From positions 35,868 through 99,867 of the forward strand of contig JAMCSX010000017.1 in the NCBI GenBank assembly GCA_023379055.1: a stretch of DNA of 64,000 nt. Direction: 5' to 3'. The stretch is from Candidatus Marsarchaeota archaeon (lineage in GTDB: Archaea; Micrarchaeota; Micrarchaeia; Micrarchaeales; CABMGC01). Below the pieces are notes generated by a model that saw only the letters and a list, made by a program, of their open reading frames with translations, searched no databases and had not been told where the DNA came from. A program made the position numbers and the translations under genes. Below are positions 38,683 through 48,790 of this stretch, piece by piece; the stretch's first letter is position 1, and each line of letters begins with the position of its first letter.

Positions 38683-38744
38683 GTTGTAGGTTATGACAAA
38701 GCAGTAAGCTATAAAGAGTTAAGTCTTTTAATAGTTGTGGTGGC

Positions 38745-40034
38745 ATGGCAAAGGCAGTGATAGAGACATACGGGTGCACTCTCAACAGGGCAGACAGCGA
38801 TATTATTGAAGGCATGCTTAAATCAGAAGGCATGGAAGCGGAGTCGAAAAAATACGCAGAAAGCGATAATGCCGACTATGTAATAATAAATACGTGCACT
38901 GTCAAGAGACCGACTGAACAGAGGATACTGGACAGGATAAGAAAGGTCTCCGTCGGGAATGCACGGCTTGTTGTCACGGGATGTATGGCAAGTGCAAACA
39001 GGGACAGGATACTCGCTGTCGCCCCGAGGGCAAGCATAGTTACTACAAGCAACGTGCACAGGATAGCCGATGCCATTGAAGAGCTCGGTGCACGTGACAG
39101 GGTAGATTATGAAGGATACATGAGAAACGACAAGCTCGAATATTTCAGTCCGGGAGGCTCCGTAATTGCAAGGATACCGATAAGTGAGGGGTGCCTGAGC
39201 AATTGCAGCTTCTGTGAGACTAAGTTCGCGCGCGGGGCACTGAACAGCTATTCGGAAAATCTCATACTAAAAGCCATTGAGATCAGTGTGGGGAAGGGGG
39301 CAAAGGAGATAGAGCTGACCTCGCAGGACGTTGGCGCATATGGATTGGATAAGAAGACTAACATAGGAGAACTTCTTTCTGGAATTGCAGACATGGAAGG
39401 CGATTTCAGGATACGGGTGGGAATGCTCAATCCGGAACACCTTCCGAAATATATCGATACCTTGTTAATGGGCCTTGAAGACAAAAGGATCTACAGGTTT
39501 CTCCACCTTCCCCTCCAATCGGCAAGCAATAAGGTCCTCAAAGATATGGACAGAAGGTATACGATAGAGCAGTTCTGCAGCCATGTCGCCGAGATAAGGA
39601 ATAAAATAGGCGACATAAGCATAGAAACTGACATGATAGTTGGATATCCTACTGAGACTGATGGAGATTTTCAGGAATCATTGGCGTTCATAAGGGAGCT
39701 AAGGCCCGCATTCACCAACGTATCCAGATTCGGAGTAAGGCCGCACACAAAGGCATCAAGGCTGAAGCAGATAAGTAACATGCGCATAAAGAATAGAAGT
39801 TCGGAGATGTCCAGAATTGCGAGGTCAATCCAGAAAGAGGATCTGTCACGGCTAGTGGGAAAGACCGAAAGCATACTAATAACAGAACAGAATGACAGGT
39901 CCATAATTGGCAGGGATGATTGCTACAGGATAGTGGCACTTAACAGAGAAATCTGCAATGCACGCTTAGGGGAAAGGTTAAACGCAAGGATTATCGGAAA
40001 TACGTCAGTGTGCCTGCTTGGAACTGCGCTATAG
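38745..40034 (+). CDS. MiaB/MtaB-like tRNA methylthiotransferase (radical SAM)
   Basis: ETYGCTLN, NTCTV, TGC, CLSNCSFC, C-terminal TRAM-like region. Confidence 0.92.
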   Translation: MAKAVIETYGCTLNRADSDIIEGMLKSEGMEAESKKYAESDNADYVIINTCTVKRPTEQRILDRIRKVSVGNARLVVTGCMASANRDRILAVAPRASIVTTSNVHRIADAIEELGARDRVDYEGYMRNDKLEYFSPGGSVIARIPISEGCLSNCSFCETKFARGALNSYSENLILKAIEISVGKGAKEIELTSQDVGAYGLDKKTNIGELLSGIADMEGDFRIRVGMLNPEHLPKYIDTLLMGLEDKRIYRFLHLPLQSASNKVLKDMDRRYTIEQFCSHVAEIRNKIGDISIETDMIVGYPTETDGDFQESLAFIRELRPAFTNVSRFGVRPHTKASRLKQISNMRIKNRSSEMSRIARSIQKEDLSRLVGKTESILITEQNDRSIIGRDDCYRIVALNREICNARLGERLNARIIGNTSVCLLGTAL

Positions 40035-40035
40035 A

Positions 40036-42615
40036 TTATTTGTTAGCCTCAAGGAACTGGATGTTTGCCAGTATCCGCTCTGTGGTGTCTGCATAGGCCT
40101 GCTTCATATCGTCCCTCATCATTCCTTTTTGGCTGAAGAATCGGATTACCTCCTCAAGGTCCTGGCGGGTGTCCAAAACGGATAGTGCTTCCACGAATTT
40201 CCCGATCATGTTCGTTCCGCCGAGATATCTTGACTTCAGCTCCTCAAAATTATCCTCTGTCCATTTCAGTATCATGCCCTTTGCCGCAGGATTGCGATAG
40301 GCGCCGAACGAAGTAAGCTTGAAGGTGTCCTGTATTTTGACATCAGGGGACATTGCAAAGTCAAATGACCTGAGCAGAAGATTTTCGTCGGCAAACATTG
40401 ACATTGCTTTGAGCAGCCTGGCCTTTTCTTCTGCAACCTTCTCTGACTTGAATCTCTCTTTCAGCAGCCCGAATACCTTCTCTCCCTCCGACCTTGCTGC
40501 AATGTAGTAGACTGCGCCGCGTATGTTTGGGTCTATCTCCTCGCCGTTGTTCATGTGTGCATAGAACATCTGAACGGCCTTGGATATGGTTGGCTGGTGG
40601 CCGGCAAATCCCAGCTCGAGTATTGCCGACGGCCGCGTCATTGTATCAAATGCAGTCTCCCCGCTCTTCCTTTCCCATCCGAGTTTATCAAGCAGCCTTA
40701 TGCCATCTTGTATGAGCATATCCTTTGCCCTTTCGTTCTTTCCTTTGGGAAGTGCATTGGACAGCGCGCTGAGTCCGCCCAATACGCTTGAGTTTGTCGG
40801 GTAATCTGCGTCTTTGCAGTATCTCTCAACAAAATCAAGATAGCTTTCTGCGCTTATTCTCCCAGATATTGCGCGTGCAAAAAGGTCATGATGCACACCC
40901 CATGAGTCTATGCTTTCCACCCTCTTTGCGGCAATCAGTGCGCCAAGTCTGTCGACATCATCGCCCTCGTATGCCACCCTGTAAAATCCGTTCTGGCCGA
41001 AGTTAAGCTTTATCCACTGGTCCCTGCCCATTTTTATGCTTGCAGTCCTGCCGTCCATCAGCAGCTGGTGGTCTTCTCCCGACACCTGATAATTGACAGG
41101 TATGGGCCAGCTTGTGGCATCTGACAGATTGTTGAGCAGGAAGTGCCTTTGCTGCTCCAGTTTCACCCCGCTTTTTGTGCGGCTTACTGCTATGGAAGGA
41201 TACCCTGGCAGGTCTATCCACCTGCTTGCAACCTTGGATACGCTTACATCCTTATTCCGCTCCCGTGCAACCTCATCCATAAAGCCCCAGAGATCCGCCC
41301 TTGTTGCATTCGAATACGAATACTTGATAAGATACCTGTGCAGTCCCTCCCTGAATATCTCCTTGCCCGCATAACTCTCTATCATGTTGAGTATGGATCC
41401 CCCCTTTTCGTAAGTTATCGCTCCGAACAGCGTATCTGCGTCTGCAGGAGACCTTACATTGACGCTTATCGGATGCGTAGAACTGAGCTGGTCAGCTGAC
41501 AGGGCCGCAGACGTGTCCTCTGTGATGAACTCTCTCTTCATCTGCCAGTCCGGGAATATGAACTCCATTGCCTTGTAGCCCAGGAATTCGGCAAATGCCT
41601 CGTTCAGCCACAGATCATTCCACCATTCCATTGTGACCAGGTTGCCGAACCATTGGTGTGCAAGCTCGTGCGCGATCACCATTGCAACCCTCTGCAATGT
41701 CGCAATGGAGGTATTATTGTTTGCAAGCAGGTCTACCTCCCTGAATGTTATGGCTCCCCAGTTCTCCATTGCGCCCGCGGAGAAGTCTGGTATTGCGATA
41801 AGGTCGAGCTTTGGGAGTGGATACTTTATCCCGAAGTAATCCTCGTAAAAATCAAGGAATTTGCGCGCAAGCTGGAGAGGTACATCTGCCATGTGACTGT
41901 TGCCATGAGTTGTCAAGACGCTTATCTCCGTATTTCCTGATGTGTCGCTGAGCCTGTCGTAATTTCCGATGCCGAGGTATAGAAGGTAGGTTGACATCTT
42001 TGGCGACTTGCTGAACTTTACTTCCTTAAGGCCGTTTCCAAGGTCAGTCGATGACGCGGACGGCATATTTGATACGCATTCCAGATCGCTTGGCACTATC
42101 ATTGAAACATCAAATACAGCCTTGAACTCCGGCTCGTCGAAGCATGGAAACGCCTTTCTTGCATCGGCAGATTCAAACTGCGTGGTAAGCAGGACATTGG
42201 CCTTATCTCCGTCCACATATGTGCTTCTGTAGAAGCCGTACATTCCGTCATTGTTTGTTCCTGAGAAATCTATTTTTATCTGCGCATCATGGCTGACGTC
42301 ATTGGCAAGCTTAAGCACTATTCTCTCATTGTCTGGATCCACTTTCACAACTGCCTGCTGCACCACGCCATTTGATATGACTACCGCGCCGTTTATTGTG
42401 AGCTCTGCGGCATTCAGCTGTATCTCATTTGTAGCAGACGCTATATTGACGTCTATAACAACTGTTCCGTCAAATGTAGAACTGCCAAAATCAGGTTTGA
42501 CTGAAAGTGAATATTTGTTTGGTGATACATTCCTTCCCAGTGTTTGGTGCGGTTCTTCCTTTCCGCTTGCTTTTTGTTGCTTATTTTTAGTAGGCATGTG
42601 GATTGACTCGGCCAT
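40036..42615 (-). CDS. M1 family aminopeptidase (tricorn-interacting factor F2/F3-like), paralog 2
   Basis: FPCFDEP, GAMENWG, HELAH..WLNE, YEKGG. Confidence 0.94.
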   Translation of the reverse strand: MAESIHMPTKNKQQKASGKEEPHQTLGRNVSPNKYSLSVKPDFGSSTFDGTVVIDVNIASATNEIQLNAAELTINGAVVISNGVVQQAVVKVDPDNERIVLKLANDVSHDAQIKIDFSGTNNDGMYGFYRSTYVDGDKANVLLTTQFESADARKAFPCFDEPEFKAVFDVSMIVPSDLECVSNMPSASSTDLGNGLKEVKFSKSPKMSTYLLYLGIGNYDRLSDTSGNTEISVLTTHGNSHMADVPLQLARKFLDFYEDYFGIKYPLPKLDLIAIPDFSAGAMENWGAITFREVDLLANNNTSIATLQRVAMVIAHELAHQWFGNLVTMEWWNDLWLNEAFAEFLGYKAMEFIFPDWQMKREFITEDTSAALSADQLSSTHPISVNVRSPADADTLFGAITYEKGGSILNMIESYAGKEIFREGLHRYLIKYSYSNATRADLWGFMDEVARERNKDVSVSKVASRWIDLPGYPSIAVSRTKSGVKLEQQRHFLLNNLSDATSWPIPVNYQVSGEDHQLLMDGRTASIKMGRDQWIKLNFGQNGFYRVAYEGDDVDRLGALIAAKRVESIDSWGVHHDLFARAISGRISAESYLDFVERYCKDADYPTNSSVLGGLSALSNALPKGKNERAKDMLIQDGIRLLDKLGWERKSGETAFDTMTRPSAILELGFAGHQPTISKAVQMFYAHMNNGEEIDPNIRGAVYYIAARSEGEKVFGLLKERFKSEKVAEEKARLLKAMSMFADENLLLRSFDFAMSPDVKIQDTFKLTSFGAYRNPAAKGMILKWTEDNFEELKSRYLGGTNMIGKFVEALSVLDTRQDLEEVIRFFSQKGMMRDDMKQAYADTTERILANIQFLEANK
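41737..41835. repeat. 99-nt exact repeat, copy 1 (other copy 44395-44493)
   Basis: Base-by-base identity checked by eye; offset 2658 nt. Confidence 0.9.
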
Positions 42616-42696
42616 CCAGATAAGATGATACTGCCCGGATCTATGTGGGAATTATCTCATATATAAAGGGGTAGCATGACCGTCGTGACCGGGATT

Positions 42697-45231
42697 TTAT
42701 CGGTTTGCATCCATGAATCTTATGTTGGAATCTATCTGCTCTAGGGTATTGTTTAGGGAATTTCGCAGGTCTTCACGGAAGTTCTTCTTTGCCCTGAAGA
42801 ATCTTTTAACTTCGGCAAGATCCTTCCGTGTTCTTAGCACGCCGAGGTTGTCTATGTATCTCCCCAGCATATGCGTTCCGCTTGCATACCTCTTCAGCAG
42901 CGTATTCCAGTTTTTCTTCGTCCATCCAAGGAGTATTGCCCTGCCAAACGGATTCGAGGCGCCAATTGCAGGTAGAATATATGAATCCTGGATCCTTACG
43001 TCTTTTGAAAGTGAAAAATCGAATGCCCTGCGCATCAGTCTGCTGTCGCTGAAGAATGCCAGCGATTTCAACAGCCTTATTTTCTCCTCGGGAAGAGATT
43101 CCCTTAGGTATCTGGATCTGAGCAGGTCAAATATTTTCTTGCCTTCGGACCATGCGGCAAGATAGTATACCGCGCCACGTATGTTTGGGTCTATTATCAC
43201 CTTGCTTTTCATATGGTCATGGAACATCCGCACGGCCTTGTCAAGCGTTGGCTCGTATCCTGCAAGCCCGGATCTCAGTATTGCGGCAGGCCTGAGAAGG
43301 GTGTCAAATGTGCTCTCCCTGGGCTTTCTGGACCACCCAAGCTTGCCAAGAATCTCGTTTGCATGCATTATTAGCAGCTCCTTTGAGCGTACGTTGCCCT
43401 CTCCGTATAATCTGTCGTAGATCCATGCAATGCTCCCAAGGACATCGGCATTTAGAGGATAGCCGCCATTAAGGCAGTATCTCTCTGCAAATTCAAGATA
43501 GTCGTCGGCGTGGACCCTGCCGGACCTCGACATGGCAAATATGTCATGTTCAACTCCCCACGAGTCCACATTGCCAAGGGAACCGGAAAGGATAAGTTCG
43601 CCAAGGCGTTCTGCATCTTCCCTGTCATATGATACCCTATACAGACCTGCCTGCCCAGCATTGAGTTTTATCCATTTGCCTTCTCCGACATTTATTGTAG
43701 ATGACCGTTTATTGATAATGACCCTGTGCCTTTTACCAGATACCAGATAGTTTACAGGTATTGGCCACACCGTATTGTCATGCTCTCCGTTTAGAAGAAA
43801 GTATCTGCTTTGCCTTAATGTGACCCCGTGTCTGCCCCGTTTTACATCTATTGAAGGATATCCGGACTTATTTATCCAGAAGCTTGCCACATCGTATACC
43901 ATTACATCCTTATGCCGTGACCTTGCAACCTCGTCTATTGCACGCCAGAGGTCATACTTTGTTGCGTTTGAGTATGCATGCTTTTTAAGATACCTGTGCA
44001 GCCCTTCCCTGAATATCTCTTTCCCAACATAATCCTCAATCATATTGAGTACGGTTCCACCTTTTTCGTAGCTTATTTCGTCGAATATCTGATCCACGTC
44101 GGCAGGCGACCTAACGTTAACGCTGATAGGGTGGGTGGACTTAAGCTGGTCTGCGGCAAATGCAGTTGCAATTACCTGTTGCGTATACTCTACCTTCATT
44201 TTCCATTCGGGAAATACACCGTCCATTGCCTTGTAGCTCATGAATGTGGCAAAGCTCTCGTTCAGCCATAGGTCGTCCCACCACTTCATTGTGACAAGAT
44301 CGCCAAACCACTGATGCGCAAGCTCGTGCGCTATGACCTCTGCTATCCGCTGCAATACTGCAAGAGAGGAATTTTTGTCTGCCAAGATCTCCGTCTCCCT
44401 GAATGTTATGGCTCCCCAGTTCTCCATTGCGCCCGCGGAGAAGTCTGGTATTGCGATAAGGTCGAGCTTTGGGAGTGGATACTTTATCCCGAAATAGGCC
44501 TCGAAGAACTTAATAAATCGCTTTGCATACTCGAGGGATAGGAATGCGAGCTTCCTGTTACCCGGAGTAGTCACAACCCTTACCTTCAGGTCGCCCACAT
44601 TGCCGGTCGCATAGTCGTAATTTCCAACGCCCAGGTATAACAGGTATGAAGACATTCTAGGGGTATCAAAGAATACAACCTCCATTTTGCCGCCGCCGAT
44701 GTCCGTTTCTCTGGAGATGGGCATGTTTGATATGCATTCCAGTCCCTTGTCAACTACCAATGCAACACTGAATATGGCTTTGAAAGCGGGTTCATCGAAG
44801 CATGGAAATGCGTTCCTTGCATTGGCAGCCTCAAACTGCGTTGTGAGGATATGTTTATTTGATCCCTTGTAGTTGTAGCTGCTTCTGTAGAACCCGTATA
44901 GTGCACTATTGTTTGATCCCTCGAAATCAATCTTAATCTGTGATTTGCCCACTATGGATTTCTTGAACTTCAGCGTTATGGTCTGGTCCTTGTTGGATAT
45001 AACAGTAACCCTTTGCACATGAGAACCGGATTCTATCTCCGCAGATTTTATCCTGAGATCCGCGGCATTTAGAGAGATCTGCCTCGTGGGTCTCCTTACT
45101 GTTACATCTATTGATTCGTTGCACAGATATAGAAATGTGTCCTGATTTGGGGTAACTCTGAGGGAATAATGCAGAGGGATAACATTCTCCCCAAGTGTCT
45201 GGTACTTTTTCGTTTCGTTTGCCCCCGGCAT
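42697..45231 (-). CDS. M1 family aminopeptidase, paralog 1
   Basis: FPCFDEP, GAMENWG, HELAH..WLNE, YEKGG. Confidence 0.94.
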   Translation of the reverse strand: MPGANETKKYQTLGENVIPLHYSLRVTPNQDTFLYLCNESIDVTVRRPTRQISLNAADLRIKSAEIESGSHVQRVTVISNKDQTITLKFKKSIVGKSQIKIDFEGSNNSALYGFYRSSYNYKGSNKHILTTQFEAANARNAFPCFDEPAFKAIFSVALVVDKGLECISNMPISRETDIGGGKMEVVFFDTPRMSSYLLYLGVGNYDYATGNVGDLKVRVVTTPGNRKLAFLSLEYAKRFIKFFEAYFGIKYPLPKLDLIAIPDFSAGAMENWGAITFRETEILADKNSSLAVLQRIAEVIAHELAHQWFGDLVTMKWWDDLWLNESFATFMSYKAMDGVFPEWKMKVEYTQQVIATAFAADQLKSTHPISVNVRSPADVDQIFDEISYEKGGTVLNMIEDYVGKEIFREGLHRYLKKHAYSNATKYDLWRAIDEVARSRHKDVMVYDVASFWINKSGYPSIDVKRGRHGVTLRQSRYFLLNGEHDNTVWPIPVNYLVSGKRHRVIINKRSSTINVGEGKWIKLNAGQAGLYRVSYDREDAERLGELILSGSLGNVDSWGVEHDIFAMSRSGRVHADDYLEFAERYCLNGGYPLNADVLGSIAWIYDRLYGEGNVRSKELLIMHANEILGKLGWSRKPRESTFDTLLRPAAILRSGLAGYEPTLDKAVRMFHDHMKSKVIIDPNIRGAVYYLAAWSEGKKIFDLLRSRYLRESLPEEKIRLLKSLAFFSDSRLMRRAFDFSLSKDVRIQDSYILPAIGASNPFGRAILLGWTKKNWNTLLKRYASGTHMLGRYIDNLGVLRTRKDLAEVKRFFRAKKNFREDLRNSLNNTLEQIDSNIRFMDANR
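44395..44493. repeat. 99-nt exact repeat, copy 2
   Basis: Identical to 41737-41835. Confidence 0.9.
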
Positions 45232-45241
45232 ATATGCAGCC

Positions 45242-45700
45242 TCATTCTTTTAGTTCCTTTATTGCGACGATTATCTCCTTCTCATGTCCAAGGGGGTTTA
45301 CCTTCGGGAATATTCTTGCTATCTTCCCATCCCCATCTATTATGAACGTTTTTCTTAGTGTGCCTTGGCCAAATATACCTCTGCTGCCGTAGGCTCCATA
45401 GCGCTTTATGGTCTTGCTTGTTGGATCGGAAAGCAGAAGCACCTTCAACCCGTATTTAGAGCAGAATTTAACATGGGAGCCGATATCGTCGTTACTTATC
45501 CCTACCACCTCTGCGCCCAACCTGCGGATGGTCTCGAATTCCGACGTAAAGCTCTTTGCCTCCATTGTACAGCCAGGGGTATCGTCCCTTGGATAGAAAT
45601 AGACTACCAGGTACCTGCCTAAGAACTCTCTTAGAGAGTGTTTCTTACCATCAGAACCGTCTAGATTGAAATCCGGAGCGTAAGCCTTGATATCCAGCAA
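45242..45700 (-). CDS. bcp: Peroxiredoxin, BCP/PrxQ type
   Basis: YFYPRDDTPGCTMEA, VVGIS.D, R.TFIID. Confidence 0.9.
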   Translation of the reverse strand: MLDIKAYAPDFNLDGSDGKKHSLREFLGRYLVVYFYPRDDTPGCTMEAKSFTSEFETIRRLGAEVVGISNDDIGSHVKFCSKYGLKVLLLSDPTSKTIKRYGAYGSRGIFGQGTLRKTFIIDGDGKIARIFPKVNPLGHEKEIIVAIKELKE

Positions 45701-45780
45701 TAAATCACAGTAGATATATTATCTGCAAATGTTTTTAAAGCTTGGAACGGATATTGTCTGGTAGACTTGGCCGTGATTAG

Positions 45781-46482
45781 TTGATACCGATAATAGGACG
45801 GATATTTGGCAAGAGGGAGACTTCTGAGAATTTGAATCGGCAGGACTCGAGGATAAACGTAACAGTAGTGAATCTCAAGTTTATGGGCAATACGCATGGG
45901 CTTGGTGGCATTAAGTCTGACAAGCCCATTTTTGAGCTCGACATACCGTTCCAGAATAAGATGGGCAGCGAACTGCTCCCTAACAATATAAAGGGCCCGA
46001 AGATAAGGATAGATAAAATCTCGGTAGCAGGGCCGTTTGCGTTGCTGGATATCAGCCCGAAACTTCCGGTAGATGTGGAGTTTATGTCAAGGGCGGTATT
46101 CAGGCTGAGGATAAAGGGACCGGATGTCAGGTATGAGGGCCCACTTTCCGTGAATTTCGGCAATGACCCAGCAGGCACAGTCAATATAGGGATCGGGAGA
46201 ATAATATTACACCATAATGGAAAGGACATCGAGCTGGAAAATTCGCAGATAATCTCAAATATGCAGAGATCACAGGTATTCAGGCAGGGCATACAGCTGT
46301 ACAGGATAATGTCATTGGGAGATACGTTGAACAACATAGCTATAAATAGGCCTTTCGAGGTCATTGACACAGAGCCAAAATTGCCGGTAAACCTTAACAA
46401 GAAGGACAGTTACATAATAAACATATTTATCAAGGCTCCTGACGTAAGTTATTCTGGGAATCTTGACATTGTCTTTGAGTAG
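45781..46482 (+). CDS. Hypothetical protein with an internal duplication of a beta-rich domain
   Basis: PF.LLDISPKLPV...and PFEVIDTEPKLPV..., each followed by IK.PDV.Y.G.L. Confidence 0.65.
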   Translation: MIPIIGRIFGKRETSENLNRQDSRINVTVVNLKFMGNTHGLGGIKSDKPIFELDIPFQNKMGSELLPNNIKGPKIRIDKISVAGPFALLDISPKLPVDVEFMSRAVFRLRIKGPDVRYEGPLSVNFGNDPAGTVNIGIGRIILHHNGKDIELENSQIISNMQRSQVFRQGIQLYRIMSLGDTLNNIAINRPFEVIDTEPKLPVNLNKKDSYIINIFIKAPDVSYSGNLDIVFE

Positions 46483-46489
46483 TGGTTTG

Positions 46490-47389
46490 ATGCACTTCCT
46501 CGTATCTGTTCCAATAAACGAGAACCTGGCGTCATTCATAGGAAAGAAGGGGTCCGAGGACGGCTTGGTATTCTTCAACAGGAAGCTGGGAGATAATACG
46601 ATAGTGGCAATAATGCCTGCGAACAAGGAGGACAGGGTATATTACAACATGGCTGAATCAATGCTGATATGCACACAGATAGTAATAAGCACGGAGACTG
46701 TGGATAAATCACTGGGCGAGGCAGTAGTAGCTGCATCCCTTGCCGGAAAACATATCATAATAACCGATGACAATGATGTATCCGGAATAGTTGGGGGTCT
46801 GCTTGAGGATTTTGAGGTGGCACCGATGGATGCGCTTCTGGACAGAATAACTGGCAGGAACGAAGTGCATGAAGGGAGATTGAGAATTGACGTGGACAAG
46901 TCATTTCCGGTAAAGGGCATAGGCACTGTTGCGCTCGGCATAGTGACAAATGGCGTTGTGAAGGTGCATGATACGCTTTATAGCGGGGACGGAAAACAGG
47001 CTACAGTCAAGTCAATACAGAGCCAGGATATTGATGTGGCTGAGGCAGGATATGGGACCAGGGTGGGTCTTGCACTGAAGGGAATAGAGCATAACGATCT
47101 TGGAAAGGGAGATCTGCTTCTTGCCGAGCCGTATAGAAGGACAAGGGCCGCAAGAATAAGCCTGCGCATAAGCCCGGCGTCAAAGGAGGCGATAGAGCCG
47201 CAGGGAAGGTACATGTTCGTGTCTAATCTATCACGCGCCTTCTGCAAGATGGAGGAAGTTGGCGCAGATTCGGCAAGGGTGGCGTTTGAAAAGCCGCTAT
47301 CCGTACTCAGCGGGGACAGATTCCTTCTGATACGTGATGCCAGCCCAAGAATATTCGCTTCAGGAACAGTAACGGAGTGCATTATCTAG
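46490..47389 (+). CDS. SelB/EF-Tu-related protein with a degenerate G domain
   Basis: IDVDKSFPVKGIGTVALG, VKSIQ, RVGLALKG; no GxxxxGK P-loop. Confidence 0.8.
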   Translation: MHFLVSVPINENLASFIGKKGSEDGLVFFNRKLGDNTIVAIMPANKEDRVYYNMAESMLICTQIVISTETVDKSLGEAVVAASLAGKHIIITDDNDVSGIVGGLLEDFEVAPMDALLDRITGRNEVHEGRLRIDVDKSFPVKGIGTVALGIVTNGVVKVHDTLYSGDGKQATVKSIQSQDIDVAEAGYGTRVGLALKGIEHNDLGKGDLLLAEPYRRTRAARISLRISPASKEAIEPQGRYMFVSNLSRAFCKMEEVGADSARVAFEKPLSVLSGDRFLLIRDASPRIFASGTVTECII

Positions 47390-47946
47390 AGTTTGTGCCA
47401 CATGTCCCAGAACTGTCCGCGCAGCCTGCTTATCTCGTCGCTGTTATAGGTTATGCTTATCTGCTCGAGGTTCCTGTGCGTGCCCTTGTACGTGAGGTTT
47501 GCAGATCCGGTTATCGCCATGTTATCCGATATGTATATCTTTGCATGAACGAACTGCCTTGGCACCTTGAGGACTATGTTCTGTTTTCTTGATGAGTACT
47601 TGAACAGGCCTATCGCAGCAGGGATCAGGGAAGGTATTATTAACATCAGGCCCAGGCCTGCCAGTGTGGATACGGATACAAGGAGCATTGATAGGAGCAT
47701 GTATCCAAGGACCGCGAATGGGCTTTTCCTGCCGCTCAGGCGCCTGCTTACCTCCTGCTCTATGGATGACGCGATTATGTAGAATCGCCTATCACTGCCA
47801 GAGTCCGAGAGCATTCTTGCATAATAGTCATCTATGTAGGGCGAGACTATCAGTATGTCACCCGCAGAATTTATCAGTCCGTTTATGTACTTATGCGTGT
47901 CAATGCCGCAGTAATGTGTGCTGCCTTCCGGCTTCCCTCCTCCCAT
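47386..47946 (-). CDS. Phospholipase D-like single-HKD protein with an internal TM hairpin
   Basis: IVSPYI, HAKIYISD (HxKxxxxD), GSANLT, N.E; two hydrophobic helices precede the HKD. Confidence 0.8.
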   Translation of the reverse strand: MGGGKPEGSTHYCGIDTHKYINGLINSAGDILIVSPYIDDYYARMLSDSGSDRRFYIIASSIEQEVSRRLSGRKSPFAVLGYMLLSMLLVSVSTLAGLGLMLIIPSLIPAAIGLFKYSSRKQNIVLKVPRQFVHAKIYISDNMAITGSANLTYKGTHRNLEQISITYNSDEISRLRGQFWDMWHKL

Positions 47947-47979
47947 GATTATATTATGTGTGCTCTAGAATAAATTCCT

Positions 47980-48672
47980 TTATGGCGTAACACCGAGGAA
48001 GTGTCCAATCAGGAATCCCGTGAATCCGGATGTCAGTCCGATCAGCGCCATCCTTATCCCGCTTTTCAATATGGACCCGCGCGTTGTCTTGGCCTCGTAG
48101 TATCCTATAAAGAATAGAGTTATACCGCTGAGCACCACAGATCCGATCATGCCACTCTCAACGCCGTTACGGAATATTATAAATGGGAGTATTGGTATAA
48201 CTGAGCCGAATATTGTTGCGGCTAGAACAGTCGCAAAGCTCTTGAGGGGCGCTGACTTGTCAACTGGAGAGAGCTTTAGCTCGAATGCCATCATAAACTC
48301 CACCCACGCTTTCTTGTTTGAGCAGATAAGGTCGGTGAGGTTCTTCAGCTTTCTGCCGGCATAACCCCAGCCAGATAGCACGTCGCGAACCTCCTGCCTT
48401 TCCACATGCGGTATCTGCGCTATCTCCCTGTGCTCCTGCTCCGCCTCTTTCAGATAGAGCATGCGCCTTGACCTTGTGGACGTATATGCCACCGCCCCCA
48501 TGGATATCGACTCTGCACCCAGTGCGGCAAGTGCTGCCACAAATATTATCCTGAAGTCAGACGTGGCTGCAGACACTCCTAAGAGGATTCCTAGTACGTT
48601 TACAAGGCCGTCCTGGCTGCCAAGTATAAAGTCGGACAGGAAGGTTGGATGCGCATGATCCTCGCTATGCAT
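47980..48672 (-). CDS. VIT1/CCC1 family Fe/Mn transporter
   Basis: ILGSQDGLV, AESISMGAVAY, FMMAFEL, IPILPF; start MHSEDH. Confidence 0.88.
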   Translation of the reverse strand: MHSEDHAHPTFLSDFILGSQDGLVNVLGILLGVSAATSDFRIIFVAALAALGAESISMGAVAYTSTRSRRMLYLKEAEQEHREIAQIPHVERQEVRDVLSGWGYAGRKLKNLTDLICSNKKAWVEFMMAFELKLSPVDKSAPLKSFATVLAATIFGSVIPILPFIIFRNGVESGMIGSVVLSGITLFFIGYYEAKTTRGSILKSGIRMALIGLTSGFTGFLIGHFLGVTP

Positions 48673-48790
48673 CTGCCTAACATTATATGCTGTCAAGTAC
48701 TCACTGAAAAGCTTGAGATAGGATGGATAGGAAACATATAAAAGAGCTTCGTAGCATAAGGATATTGCCGCGTGCATTTGGCGTGTTGTT

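Noticed and set aside
46490..47389. Bona fide selenocysteine elongation factor SelB
   Set aside because: No GTPase motifs and no other Sec genes in the window.
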